A DNA stretch of 64,000 bases from Bacteroidota bacterium (GCA_023391415.1 JAEWAY010000010.1:8363-72362); one strand, 5' to 3'. Positions 30,244 to 38,718 are shown, counted from the stretch's first letter. The notes: generated by a model not told the origin, from the sequence alone. A program made the numbers and translations.

Positions 30244-33200
30244 TTATATGTCAACAGTCTCTTCTGTCTTATCCACCATATTGCTTCTCAATACATTTAC
30301 AGGTCGTACATTGCCAAGCCGGTCGATATGTACTTTGATGCAACAGGCTTTGATCATCCGCTCTTCATCAAAGCCTTTGTCACTATTACCCCACGGCCGC
30401 TCAGACTTGTTATTCGAACCAAGCTCTTTGGTATCTATGATCGGTCGCGCTATATGAGCCGGAGCAAAGAAACACTGTCCTTTGTTGGAGCTTTTCATAA
30501 TATACAGACGCTCCACTATCTTCTTTTTGTCTGTCCAGTCAATTTGTGCCACATCTTCATCAGCGGTCGGCACATAAACAGTATCGCCCGGCGACAGTAT
30601 GATGTATCCGGCATCCGGATTTTGATCATGAACAGGCAATTTTTTGGCAAGGCGTGGTATCACCTCCAAAAATGGCGGAGTTGAGTATTTTCTTACCACT
30701 TGAAGCTCTCCAGTTTTTTTATTCTCTTCCTGAACGATTTCTATGACAAAATACTGATTAACTCCCTTGTCTCCATCAAGTAGCTTATTATCCAATTCGA
30801 TTTTGTCACCGCCTTCTTTGCGCGAAATTTTATTGATCGGAAATGGCGACAATCTAAGCAACTGTTCGAGCCCTTCCCCTTTAAACGCCTTTTTGGGATC
30901 ATTATCATAATTTGCCAGATGTTCACGCAATAGCTTTGGAAGCCAGTTATTGGCATGATGCGCATTGGGTAGATTTTCTATTTTGTCAATTGTAAATGAA
31001 TCGTCTATAGCAACCCGCTTGGATGCGTACTTCCTGAATTGCATCATATCTAGTTTATCCAGTACCTGTCCTGTACCTTCATCAAACACCGGATTGGATC
31101 GCAAATAGGTCAAAACCGCTTTCAAATCATGATTGTACCTGACAATAATGCTGCTGATTGTTCTGCGCAAGCTGGTTTTGGCAATACGCCAGTCTTCCGA
31201 CTTCCAGATATTTCCGGATTGAATAAACTCCGATTGTGTCTTGACCGCTTTGCTCAGATCGACATTCTTTTTGTATTCCGGCAGGTATATTCTGCCCAAT
31301 GGCTGCCCAAACAGCGATTGCCGCACAGCCACCCAATATTTGTCATCGGATACAGGAGCGGATTGCAATTCAAGTACCTTTTTCCATTGTCCCTCCACTT
31401 GTTTCCAGCGCCAGTATCGGTTCGTTGTCGGACTCACCAATCGGGACGATGGCTTGTAAGACACCGCTACCCGCTCCAGATGCTCTCTGACATTTTTAAA
31501 AAATATTCCGTCATTCTCAGTACCCCAGGGTGGAGCAAACTCTGTCATACCAATTGTCTCTCCCCGTAGTTCTTTCTCTTTTTTGAGCAAGTATTTCCAT
31601 TTTTTCCAATAAGTATACCGCTCATTGTCGGCCGGATCATTGCTAAAAGAACTAAGTGAGTTGAGATATTGGATATGCCTGCGGGTGGTACAGGCTACTA
31701 TGAGACCATCAAGGGCCTGATGCCTGTGATCAATACGCTTGTAATCTTTCGCAAAATGAATATCCTTCCGCTTATCTGGATTATCTATGATCAGTTGTTC
31801 GCCCGTAAGACGTTGCAGACGCTCAAAACGAGGCCGGACCAGCTCTTTCCATAACTTATGCAAGCCCCATTTATACTTAAGATCAGAAGTTATGGCACCA
31901 TTAGTATATACAATACCATCATTCGTTTCATTCCCTTTGGCTACCGGACGCAGAAACTGCGCTATTGTGCGGGCCAGGTAGCGGGTATCGTTTAGCTGGC
32001 GCTCTACAAAGTCTTCCGGTATTTCACTAAGTTTAAGATATCTGCGTTTCTTTTTGGAAAAGATGGCATCTACATTTTTCAGGTACGTCTCCATATCCAA
32101 TACTTTTGCCTCACCATCACGCCCCTGCATATCTTCAATAAACTGTATGGCGGTGCGATTGCCTTTGATTGCGTTGACTTTGGCCTCTACAATTACCTTA
32201 TTTCCAATTGAGTCATCATAAAAGCGACTCCGGGGCAATATATGATCAATCTGGTATTTTTCTGTAAAAAGATCACTAAGCTTGATCGGTTTGCCAGTAT
32301 AAGGCGAACGATAGCCCTGCTCTGCCCAAAGCTTGTATTTTTCAATGTCCGCATTGCTTACAAACTCCGCTTTATTGGTTTTGAATATCGATTCAAACTG
32401 CTCTTCCGCCTGGCGACCTCCATTTTCTTTCCATAGACGGAACCGATCCTGATCTGCCGGAGAATCCGGGTTGGCCTGCGGGCACCGAAGCTCTCTCAGT
32501 AAGGCTTCGATACGCGCTCTTTCAAGCCGGTTTTTCATATTATAGGTGAAGTCATCCTTCCGCTGCTTATTGTTTTTGCGAAGCTCACGCCCCAGCTCCA
32601 CGTGTATATAGTCTGGCCGACCCAAAGCGGGATCCTGCCATATATCCCTGACCAGATTGAGAGCTTCGCGTACCAGTTTTTCTACAACGGGATTGCGCAT
32701 GGAGTTGTATGGGACCAGCTCCCGGATACGCAGATCGGCCACGCTATCGTATTTATGCTCATTGGCAGGCTCGCTGTGTCGTCCGTAAGCTACATAACAG
32801 GCTGTGGTGACAGATAAGCCTTGAAAATCGGTGAGCGAATAAAGATTTTCTTTCTGCACATGCCTACGCGCCACATCAGAAATTGATGTCCCGTCTTCAC
32901 CATCAATAAACAACTCAATCCGGCTTCTAAGATCTATAGCTGGTTGCAGACTATAGCCTTTTTGTCCTTTGGCTTTGGGATACAGACCTTCTTCGCACCA
33001 GTACCTGCCGGTACGCATGAGGGGCAAAAGGTTGTTGAGCGCTCTTACAGAGTATGCGGCATACTCGCTTTTAAAAGCCGGCAGACTCGCCAGATGCTTT
33101 ATCAGAGGCTGAGGAAAATCAAAATACTTTGTGTTGGATAAAGCGGATTCTATATCTTTCTTTTCGGGCAGAGAATATAGGACATGCCAAAGCTGATGCA

Positions 33201-34869
33201 GCCTGTGCGGGTCGGCAAGTAGTGCTTCGCCCTGCTGTTGAAAGCTGTGTTTTCGAAACACTTTGCGAAAGAGCGCTTTGGTCTGATTGCCCGGAAAGGA
33301 TGTATCTTCCGGATAATTGAGCCGGACAGGATATGTTTTGCCGTCGGCCTCCAACCTGTTCTTTTTAAAACCCAGATGCTGCAATATAGCATCGCAGGTT
33401 ACCTCCGCGCTCTGGTCAAAAAGTTCGAACAAGCGCTCTTTGGCCTCGGTAGTAAGATGCTCACCAGAATCATTGGAGCTGTTTTGTTGCCTTCTACCAA
33501 CCTGTTTTTCTTTGTCGTGAATACGTAAGTTGTGAATGGTCTGCCAAATTCTGAACTCCTGAAACAAGGGATGACTTTTGGGCGCTACTTTTATTCCGGC
33601 TGAACATTGTACACCATCCTTGTCCAGATAGGTTCTGGATTCGTAGCGGCAATTGGCAAGCAAACCCTTCTGAGACTTGAGACCTCGCTGATAGTATATA
33701 ATATCGTTGCGAAAAATATGGTATAGATCTCTTGATCTGATCTCTTTATTTTTTTGCCGGTTGTGTACATAAAATGCGTCTGCTATGGCATCGATGTTGG
33801 TACGATCAGCAAATATGTCTTTATAGTACCGCTCCTGACATTGCCAGATCGCGTCCATTTCTTTCTGATAAAAAGACCGGTCTACGATACGCTCTCTGAT
33901 ACGATAGTTGCGGTCTTGCCGCAACTGCTGCAAATAATATTCCGACAGGTGCAGCGAGGTACGGTTTACGTCTTTTTCAAGTGCTTCTTTGCGATTTTGC
34001 CAGTCGGCCGGATCTACTTCGGCTACTGTGTAGCTGACTTCTCCTGATTTGGTTGTCTTGCGGGAGATGGTCAGCTCCAGATCCTTGCCCTTCCAGTCCG
34101 GAGCCTGCCGTCTTCTCTGTATTACTTCAAAAGACAGCTCTCCTGCTCTACAGTGCAGCTTGAAAAAGTTTTGATCTTTGTTTTTTCCCTGTGCAGGGCC
34201 CAGATCTTCAATATCCTGTATATGGACGATCTCGATCCATTTTTCGGTTATAGGGTACTTCACTGAGTCGGATTCCTGGTCGCTCTCTGCCTGGATCTGG
34301 TCCTTGCGACTGCTCCTGAAGCCCCGACGCTGATTGTAATGATAAAGTACACGGGCAAGTTCAGTCAGGCTGATTTGCTCTCTAAGAGCTTTGGCCTTGA
34401 GATAATAGATTATCCAGTCTTCGGGTATTTCGTATTGCTCTCCCTGTGCGTTGAGCTGACCGGTAATTTCAAAATAATCGGCCACCTCCCGCCTCAAATC
34501 ATCGGAATAAGGCAGGTAGGATTTGATAGTATGATTGGGATTTTTCTTAAAATCTTCAGGAAATTCCGGCGACAGCCAACCCAATATCTTAAAGGCTCTG
34601 ATAAGACGTGTACGACGTAGCTTGTAGCGGTGATTGAGACGGCGGGCGCCACGGGCCAGACGGCGGGCTGCGGCTTTTGACTCGGGTGTGCCCGACTCAA
34701 ACTTGCTGAGCGCATCGCCCTCCATAGGAATAATACGGCTGCCCAGGCGCAGTATGCGACCTTGCAGCTTCGCAGGCTCGTTATCATCATAGATATTGCT
34801 CTCTATCATGGCCCAACCAATAGAATTGGTACCGAGGTCCAAGCCAAGTATTCTTTTCATATCGGACAT
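30244..34869 (-). CDS. cas9: Cas9 (type II-C-like, 1541 aa)
   Basis: RuvC-I GLDLGTNSIGWA, an Arg-rich bridge helix AAARRLARGARRLNHRYKLRRTR, HNH DHILPRSRFYDDSIGNKVIVEAKVNAIKGNRTA, RuvC-III DHRHQALDGLIV. cas1 and cas2 follow. Confidence 0.95.
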   Translation of the reverse strand: MSDMKRILGLDLGTNSIGWAMIESNIYDDNEPAKLQGRILRLGSRIIPMEGDALSKFESGTPESKAAARRLARGARRLNHRYKLRRTRLIRAFKILGWLSPEFPEDFKKNPNHTIKSYLPYSDDLRREVADYFEITGQLNAQGEQYEIPEDWIIYYLKAKALREQISLTELARVLYHYNQRRGFRSSRKDQIQAESDQESDSVKYPITEKWIEIVHIQDIEDLGPAQGKNKDQNFFKLHCRAGELSFEVIQRRRQAPDWKGKDLELTISRKTTKSGEVSYTVAEVDPADWQNRKEALEKDVNRTSLHLSEYYLQQLRQDRNYRIRERIVDRSFYQKEMDAIWQCQERYYKDIFADRTNIDAIADAFYVHNRQKNKEIRSRDLYHIFRNDIIYYQRGLKSQKGLLANCRYESRTYLDKDGVQCSAGIKVAPKSHPLFQEFRIWQTIHNLRIHDKEKQVGRRQQNSSNDSGEHLTTEAKERLFELFDQSAEVTCDAILQHLGFKKNRLEADGKTYPVRLNYPEDTSFPGNQTKALFRKVFRKHSFQQQGEALLADPHRLHQLWHVLYSLPEKKDIESALSNTKYFDFPQPLIKHLASLPAFKSEYAAYSVRALNNLLPLMRTGRYWCEEGLYPKAKGQKGYSLQPAIDLRSRIELFIDGEDGTSISDVARRHVQKENLYSLTDFQGLSVTTACYVAYGRHSEPANEHKYDSVADLRIRELVPYNSMRNPVVEKLVREALNLVRDIWQDPALGRPDYIHVELGRELRKNNKQRKDDFTYNMKNRLERARIEALLRELRCPQANPDSPADQDRFRLWKENGGRQAEEQFESIFKTNKAEFVSNADIEKYKLWAEQGYRSPYTGKPIKLSDLFTEKYQIDHILPRSRFYDDSIGNKVIVEAKVNAIKGNRTAIQFIEDMQGRDGEAKVLDMETYLKNVDAIFSKKKRRYLKLSEIPEDFVERQLNDTRYLARTIAQFLRPVAKGNETNDGIVYTNGAITSDLKYKWGLHKLWKELVRPRFERLQRLTGEQLIIDNPDKRKDIHFAKDYKRIDHRHQALDGLIVACTTRRHIQYLNSLSSFSNDPADNERYTYWKKWKYLLKKEKELRGETIGMTEFAPPWGTENDGIFFKNVREHLERVAVSYKPSSRLVSPTTNRYWRWKQVEGQWKKVLELQSAPVSDDKYWVAVRQSLFGQPLGRIYLPEYKKNVDLSKAVKTQSEFIQSGNIWKSEDWRIAKTSLRRTISSIIVRYNHDLKAVLTYLRSNPVFDEGTGQVLDKLDMMQFRKYASKRVAIDDSFTIDKIENLPNAHHANNWLPKLLREHLANYDNDPKKAFKGEGLEQLLRLSPFPINKISRKEGGDKIELDNKLLDGDKGVNQYFVIEIVQEENKKTGELQVVRKYSTPPFLEVIPRLAKKLPVHDQNPDAGYIILSPGDTVYVPTADEDVAQIDWTDKKKIVERLYIMKSSNKGQCFFAPAHIARPIIDTKELGSNNKSERPWGNSDKGFDEERMIKACCIKVHIDRLGNVRPVNVLRSNMVDKTEETVDI

Positions 34870-34910
34870 AAGGTTGAAATGTTAAATTATCTAAAAAAGC
34901 ACCTGATGAA

Positions 34911-34933
34911 GATAAATTAAAGCAAATCACAAC
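34911..34933. other. orphan repeat/anti-repeat element in the cas9 upstream region
   Basis: Plus strand 34919-34933 reads AAAGCAAATCACAAC, the exact reverse complement of repeat positions 1-15. On the cas9 strand this reads GTTGTGATTTGCTTT, 50-64 nt upstream of the cas9 ATG. Confidence 0.5.
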
Positions 34934-35493
34934 ACAAGTCTTTTCCAACATTCTTCCAAGTTGTTATAGATTTGTTATTGGCTTCTCACCAGGCGCCAGT
35001 ATTCTCAGCTGATCATCCGTATATCCAAAAATGCAAAGGTCGATAATCCCTATTATAGAACAAAATCAGGACAGTGAAACTTACTCAACAGTATCAACGT
35101 CACCTTCTATATCTGCCATTCTTTATTATTTCTATTAGTTGATCATATGATCTATTTCGATTAGATCCAGTCTTCCCCAAAGACACATTCAGCCGAATCG
35201 ATATAGTGCCTTTTTTCACTAACTTTATCAATATAAAAATAAACAAAAGATTTGTAGAAATATTAAAAATAGAAGGATCAAATAAATGTAGTTGCTGCAT
35301 CCACTTGTGTTTTTAATGAGAACACAATTTTATCAAAAGATTTGTAGAAATACAAATTTTAAACATTGCCAACCTTAGATTCTCCCTTATCCTCCAATTC
35401 TCATTTGTTTATCTCTTTGAGCCTGCAACGACAAAGTTCATATATGAAATAACATCCTTACCTTATATTGATAGCACACGAAAAAATATAGAC

Positions 35494-35618
35494 AAAAAAA
35501 CGCCCCGATAAAATCGAGGCGGCCCCGATGATGTCGAGACACATATCGAATCACTACGGAATGATCCTTATTGTGATTTGCTGATTGAAAGGTAGTGTAT
35601 TTTATACATTTATACAAC
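35494..35618 (-). ncRNA. candidate tracrRNA
   Basis: Parts of the minus-strand RNA in order:
- Anti-repeat ...CCUUUCAAUCAGCAAAUCACAAU.
- AAGG plus a small GGA-UCAU-UCC nexus-like hairpin.
- A 9-bp hairpin GUGAUUCGA...UCGA(C)AUCAU.
- A terminator hairpin CGCCUCGAU-UUU-AUCGGGGCG followed by U7.
The anti-repeat pairs with repeat nt 1-13 and with the AUUGAAA segment of array 1. Confidence 0.6.
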
Positions 35619-35633
35619 CCCTAGGTCTGATTT

Positions 35634-35951
35634 TTAGCTTTTTGTCTGAGACATACTACTGACCTTGTATTGCAACAGCTCGTTGTACAGCTCTAGTGTC
35701 ATGGTCTTGAGGTTTTCAAAAAATACGGGCAGCGGCACCTCCACCAAGCGCTCTATGGTCTGGTGATAGCGCTGGTAAAGCTCATCGCTGCGCTGCTCGC
35801 GCCCAAAACCCATCAGCTCCAGCACCTGCCGGTCGAGATCGGTATAAAAATCGTCGGCTGTAAATCCGGCCTTTTCCAGACCGTACAAAAGTTTTGAATT
35901 TTTGAGGTCCGCTCGTAAAAGTGAGAGAATTAATTCCTTTGGATATTCCAT
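35634..35951 (-). CDS. hypothetical small helical acidic protein (105 aa)
   Basis: Clean ORF ending 15 nt upstream of the tracrRNA candidate. No recognisable family. Confidence 0.5.
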   Translation of the reverse strand: MEYPKELILSLLRADLKNSKLLYGLEKAGFTADDFYTDLDRQVLELMGFGREQRSDELYQRYHQTIERLVEVPLPVFFENLKTMTLELYNELLQYKVSSMSQTKS

Positions 35952-36261
35952 AATCTTTGGATTAAAAGTTTAACTATCCAAAGATAAACGATACAAAAAA
36001 CACTGTTTTTCAAGGTTTTTTTAACCAAAACGATATATAATTTAGCTAATCCGATATTTAAATTAACTGATTCTATATTTTTTAGCTCAGATAAAAAATA
36101 ATGACTTTTTTTCCACAACCCCTTCTCTTTTTGCTAACTTCATTCTGCTAATTAGTGAGATTTACTACAACTTACAACTTCCTCCCCAGAGTTCCTTGCA
36201 GTTGTGATTTGCTTTCATACAGCTTCCTACATGTTGCTTTTGAAAAAACTGGAAACAATTT

Positions 36262-36285
36262 ATATGTACAGATTGTTGTACATAT
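36262..36285 (+). promoter_or_regulatory. putative YefM-YoeB operator (paired TGTACA hexamers)
   Basis: ATATGTACA-gattgt-TGTACATAT. The TGTACA cores are at 36265-36270 and 36277-36282, 12 bp centre to centre and about 50 nt upstream of yefM. E. coli yefM-yoeB operators use TGTACA-core palindromes. Confidence 0.55.
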
Positions 36286-36331
36286 GATGATAATTAATTA
36301 AATTGAATCAGTTAATTGATCCCAGAATATT

Positions 36332-36586
36332 ATGGAAGTAACAACATACACCAATTTAAGACAGCATCTGAAGGCATATCTGGACAAGGTAGTAAAACAA
36401 CATACGCCTCTGTTTGTGACAAGATCAGGCAGTGAGGAAGTAGTAATACTCTCCAAATCTGATTTTGAAAGTATGCAAGAGACCTTCTACCTCCTGCAAT
36501 CGCCGGCAAACGCGGTCAGGCTGCACCGGGCTTTGCAAGAATACAAAGAGGGTAAAGGCACTAAAAGGAATCTGATAGAAGAGTAA
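36332..36586 (+). CDS. yefM: type II antitoxin, Phd/YefM family
   Basis: 84 aa. MEVTTYTNLRQHLKAYLDKV...PLFVTRSG...VVILS...ETFYLL is the classic YefM pattern. Confidence 0.9.
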   Translation: MEVTTYTNLRQHLKAYLDKVVKQHTPLFVTRSGSEEVVILSKSDFESMQETFYLLQSPANAVRLHRALQEYKEGKGTKRNLIEE

Positions 36587-36588
36587 AT

Positions 36589-36843
36589 ATGGACATTGTT
36601 TTTTCGTCCGACGCATGGGACGATTATTTATATTGGCAGGAACATGACAAAAAAATGTTGAAAAAAATCAACGCTCTGATTAAGGAAATAGAAAGAACCC
36701 CCTTTGAAGGATCTGGCAAACCAGAGCCGTTAAAACACGCTCTGGCCGGGTGCTGGTCGAGAAGAATTAATCTTGAGCATCGACTCGTGTATCAGTTTGA
36801 TGACAGTGCTGTTTTTATTCTGCAATGCAGATACCATTATTAG
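36589..36843 (+). CDS. yoeB: type II toxin, YoeB/Txe family mRNA interferase
   Basis: 84 aa. AWDDYLYWQEHDKKMLKKINALIKEIERTPFEGSGKPEPLKHALAGCWSRRINLEHRLVY...RYHY is near-canonical YoeB. It starts 2 nt after the yefM stop. Confidence 0.9.
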   Translation: MDIVFSSDAWDDYLYWQEHDKKMLKKINALIKEIERTPFEGSGKPEPLKHALAGCWSRRINLEHRLVYQFDDSAVFILQCRYHY

Positions 36844-37903
36844 ATTGATTTACTACAACAATAGCTCTCGAAGAGTTAGAGAGTTTTTGTTGTGATTTGC
36901 TTTCATTCTGCTAATTAGTGAGATTTACTACAACAGGGTTCCGCATTCTGAAACATATAGTTCGTTGTGATTTGCTTTCATTCTGCCAATTAGTGAGATT
37001 TACTACAACTTTAAATAAAGTTTAACTAACTTTATGTTGTTGTGATTTGCTTTCATTCTGTCAATTAGTGAGATTTACTACAACTAAAATAAAGATCAGT
37101 AGGGTTCTGAACAGGTTGTGATTTGCTTTCATTCTGCCAATTAGTGAGATTTACTACAACTCAAATCCTTCACATAGGGTTAATTATGTTGTGATTTGCT
37201 TTCATTCTGCCAATTAGTGAGATTTACTACAACGGAATCGATTCAACCGACTGGTTATTGTATGTTGTGATTTGCTTTCATTCTGCCAATTAGTGAGATT
37301 TACTACAACCAATTTACTGGGAAGCCCATCATTTCCCCGTTGTGATTTGCTTTCATTCTGCCAATTAGTGAGATTTACTACAACAGATGTCCGATTAATA
37401 TTACTTTATTAACGTTGTGATTTGCTTTCATTCTGCCAATTAGTGAGATTTACTACAACGATTTCTTAAAACGTTGAATCGCTCGTAAGTTGTGATTTGC
37501 TTTCATTCTGCCAATTAGTGAGATTTACTACAACGATTGATGATAAGGCGGTCACTATGCCTTCGTTGTGATTTGCTTTCATTCTGCCAATTAGTGAGAT
37601 TTACTACAACACTATACTTCATTTTCCTTGAATTTTATTGTTGTGATTTGCTTTCATTCTGCCAATTAGTGAGATTTACTACAACTCGCCAATAATTTGG
37701 TACACCTTTTTCCCGGTTGTGATTTGCTTTCATTCTGCCAATTAGTGAGATTTACTACAACCTAGGTCTCTCTAGTTGGCTTCTTTACAAGGGTTTATTG
37801 CCAATATCAAGATCAGAAAACGGAGGCAAAACACCACCCATGTCAAAAAAGTAAGCCGGTTTTTGAAATCCTGTGACTCTATAAATACAGCGGTGGTGGT
37901 GTA

Positions 37904-38467
37904 TTATTTGCCCCTTTTGCTGAGGTATGAAAAGAGACTTCTCCACCAAGGGAGCTGGGGAGAGATCGTGTTGGACTGATTTCGCTCCAATATCTTTCTG
38001 AGTTCCATAGCATCTACCATATCCTTCAATGTTTCATCGTGACGCCTGGCCTGGCTCTTGATCTCAATCAGATCTTCCAAACCTATTACCGGCACATGGC
38101 TGTTATGTAACTGCTGCATGGAAGCTCTGCCAAAACAGGCTTCAAAAGTCAAAGGCTCATAGTAGATCGTGGTCATTAGATCTACCTTAAATTCTTCATT
38201 TTCTTCAAACAATCGGATAGGTGTAGGATGGTCTGGTGGCCTTTCGTTAATAACCTGAAAAATGGCTTCATCTGTATAGCCAAGCTGCTTCAGGGCTTTT
38301 CCCAGTCGCGCCATATTGGGTGTGGTAGCATCGAGCCATAAATCCATATCGCCGGTATATCTCGAATATCCATAAAAACCAACGGCCAGACCACCCACCA
38401 ATAAAAACCGAACCTGATTTTGGTTCAACGCATCCAGTACTTCTTTATAAAAATCATCGATCACCAT
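37904..38467 (-). CDS. nucleotidyltransferase-fold protein (Pol-beta/MNT superfamily)
   Basis: FLLVGGLAVGFYGYSRYTGDMDLWLD matches the hGGxA...G..R.T.DhD NTase signature. The start at MVIDDFYKE (38467) gives an ATGGTGA overlap with the upstream small ORF. An alternative start is at 38539. Confidence 0.65.
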   Translation of the reverse strand: MVIDDFYKEVLDALNQNQVRFLLVGGLAVGFYGYSRYTGDMDLWLDATTPNMARLGKALKQLGYTDEAIFQVINERPPDHPTPIRLFEENEEFKVDLMTTIYYEPLTFEACFGRASMQQLHNSHVPVIGLEDLIEIKSQARRHDETLKDMVDAMELRKILERNQSNTISPQLPWWRSLFSYLSKRGK

Positions 38468-38634
38468 TCGATCTTTCTTTTGCAAACAACGGTAGATTTG
38501 GGTTTGCCCATTTTGAATAATCGCATAAGGTAATTCCATTTTTTCTCAAACGGCCATTGAGCAAACCGCAACCGAAACTCCATTTCCTGTTCGCTGGCAT
38601 TGGCCTGATCCGGATTCCAGTCTATTTTTTTCAT
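38461..38634 (-). CDS. small ORF (57 aa) translationally coupled to the nucleotidyltransferase gene
   Basis: Hand translation gives MKKIDWNPDQANASEQEMEFRLRFAQWPFEKKWNYLMRLFKMGKPKSTVVCKRKIEW. Its stop overlaps the NTase ATG. No family recognised. Confidence 0.3.
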   Translation of the reverse strand: MKKIDWNPDQANASEQEMEFRLRFAQWPFEKKWNYLMRLFKMGKPKSTVVCKRKIEW

Positions 38635-38718
38635 AGTTGGGCTACATTTGATGGAAACGTGTGTTTTAATTAAACAAATCCGATCTCTACCATAAAGTTA
38701 AGGTAAAAACTTTAATTT

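Larger units (their letters stand above)
36126..37761 (+). CRISPR. CRISPR array 2: 14 repeat units in all (1 degenerate, 1 split by a TA cassette, 12 intact) and 13 spacers of 27-30 nt
   Basis: Repeat units:
- Consensus repeat is GTTGTGATTTGCTTTCATTCTGCCAATTAGTGAGATTTACTACAAC.
- Intact repeats start at 36889, 36964, 37039, 37115, 37188, 37264, 37339, 37414, 37489, 37565, 37640 and 37716.
- The degenerate unit is at 36126-36171.
- The split unit is 36201-36218 plus 36839-36859.
- Variants CTGCTAATT and CTGTCAATT occur only at the low-coordinate end. Confidence 0.9.

Noticed and set aside
30184-34790. Many ORFs of 60-166 aa overlapping cas9 on both strands.
   Set aside because: They are shadow ORFs inside a 1541-aa gene that has intact RuvC and HNH motifs.
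34905-35060. A plus-strand tracrRNA starting at the 34919-34933 anti-repeat, considered as the canonical tracrRNA.
   Set aside because: The 15-nt match is perfect, but the downstream 120 nt show no nexus, no stable hairpins and no terminator. The 35494-35618 minus-strand candidate has all of these. The element is kept as a separate finding rather than as the primary tracrRNA call.
35100-36118. ORFs 35100-35300 (66 aa) and 35930-36118 (62 aa).
   Set aside because: They are AT-rich, low-complexity, Ile/Lys/Asn-dominated translations of intergenic or promoter DNA.
37762-37810. Possible additional degenerate repeat right after the last array-2 repeat (contains ATTGCCAAT).
   Set aside because: The similarity is limited to about 7 nt of the repeat centre and is not distinguishable from chance.
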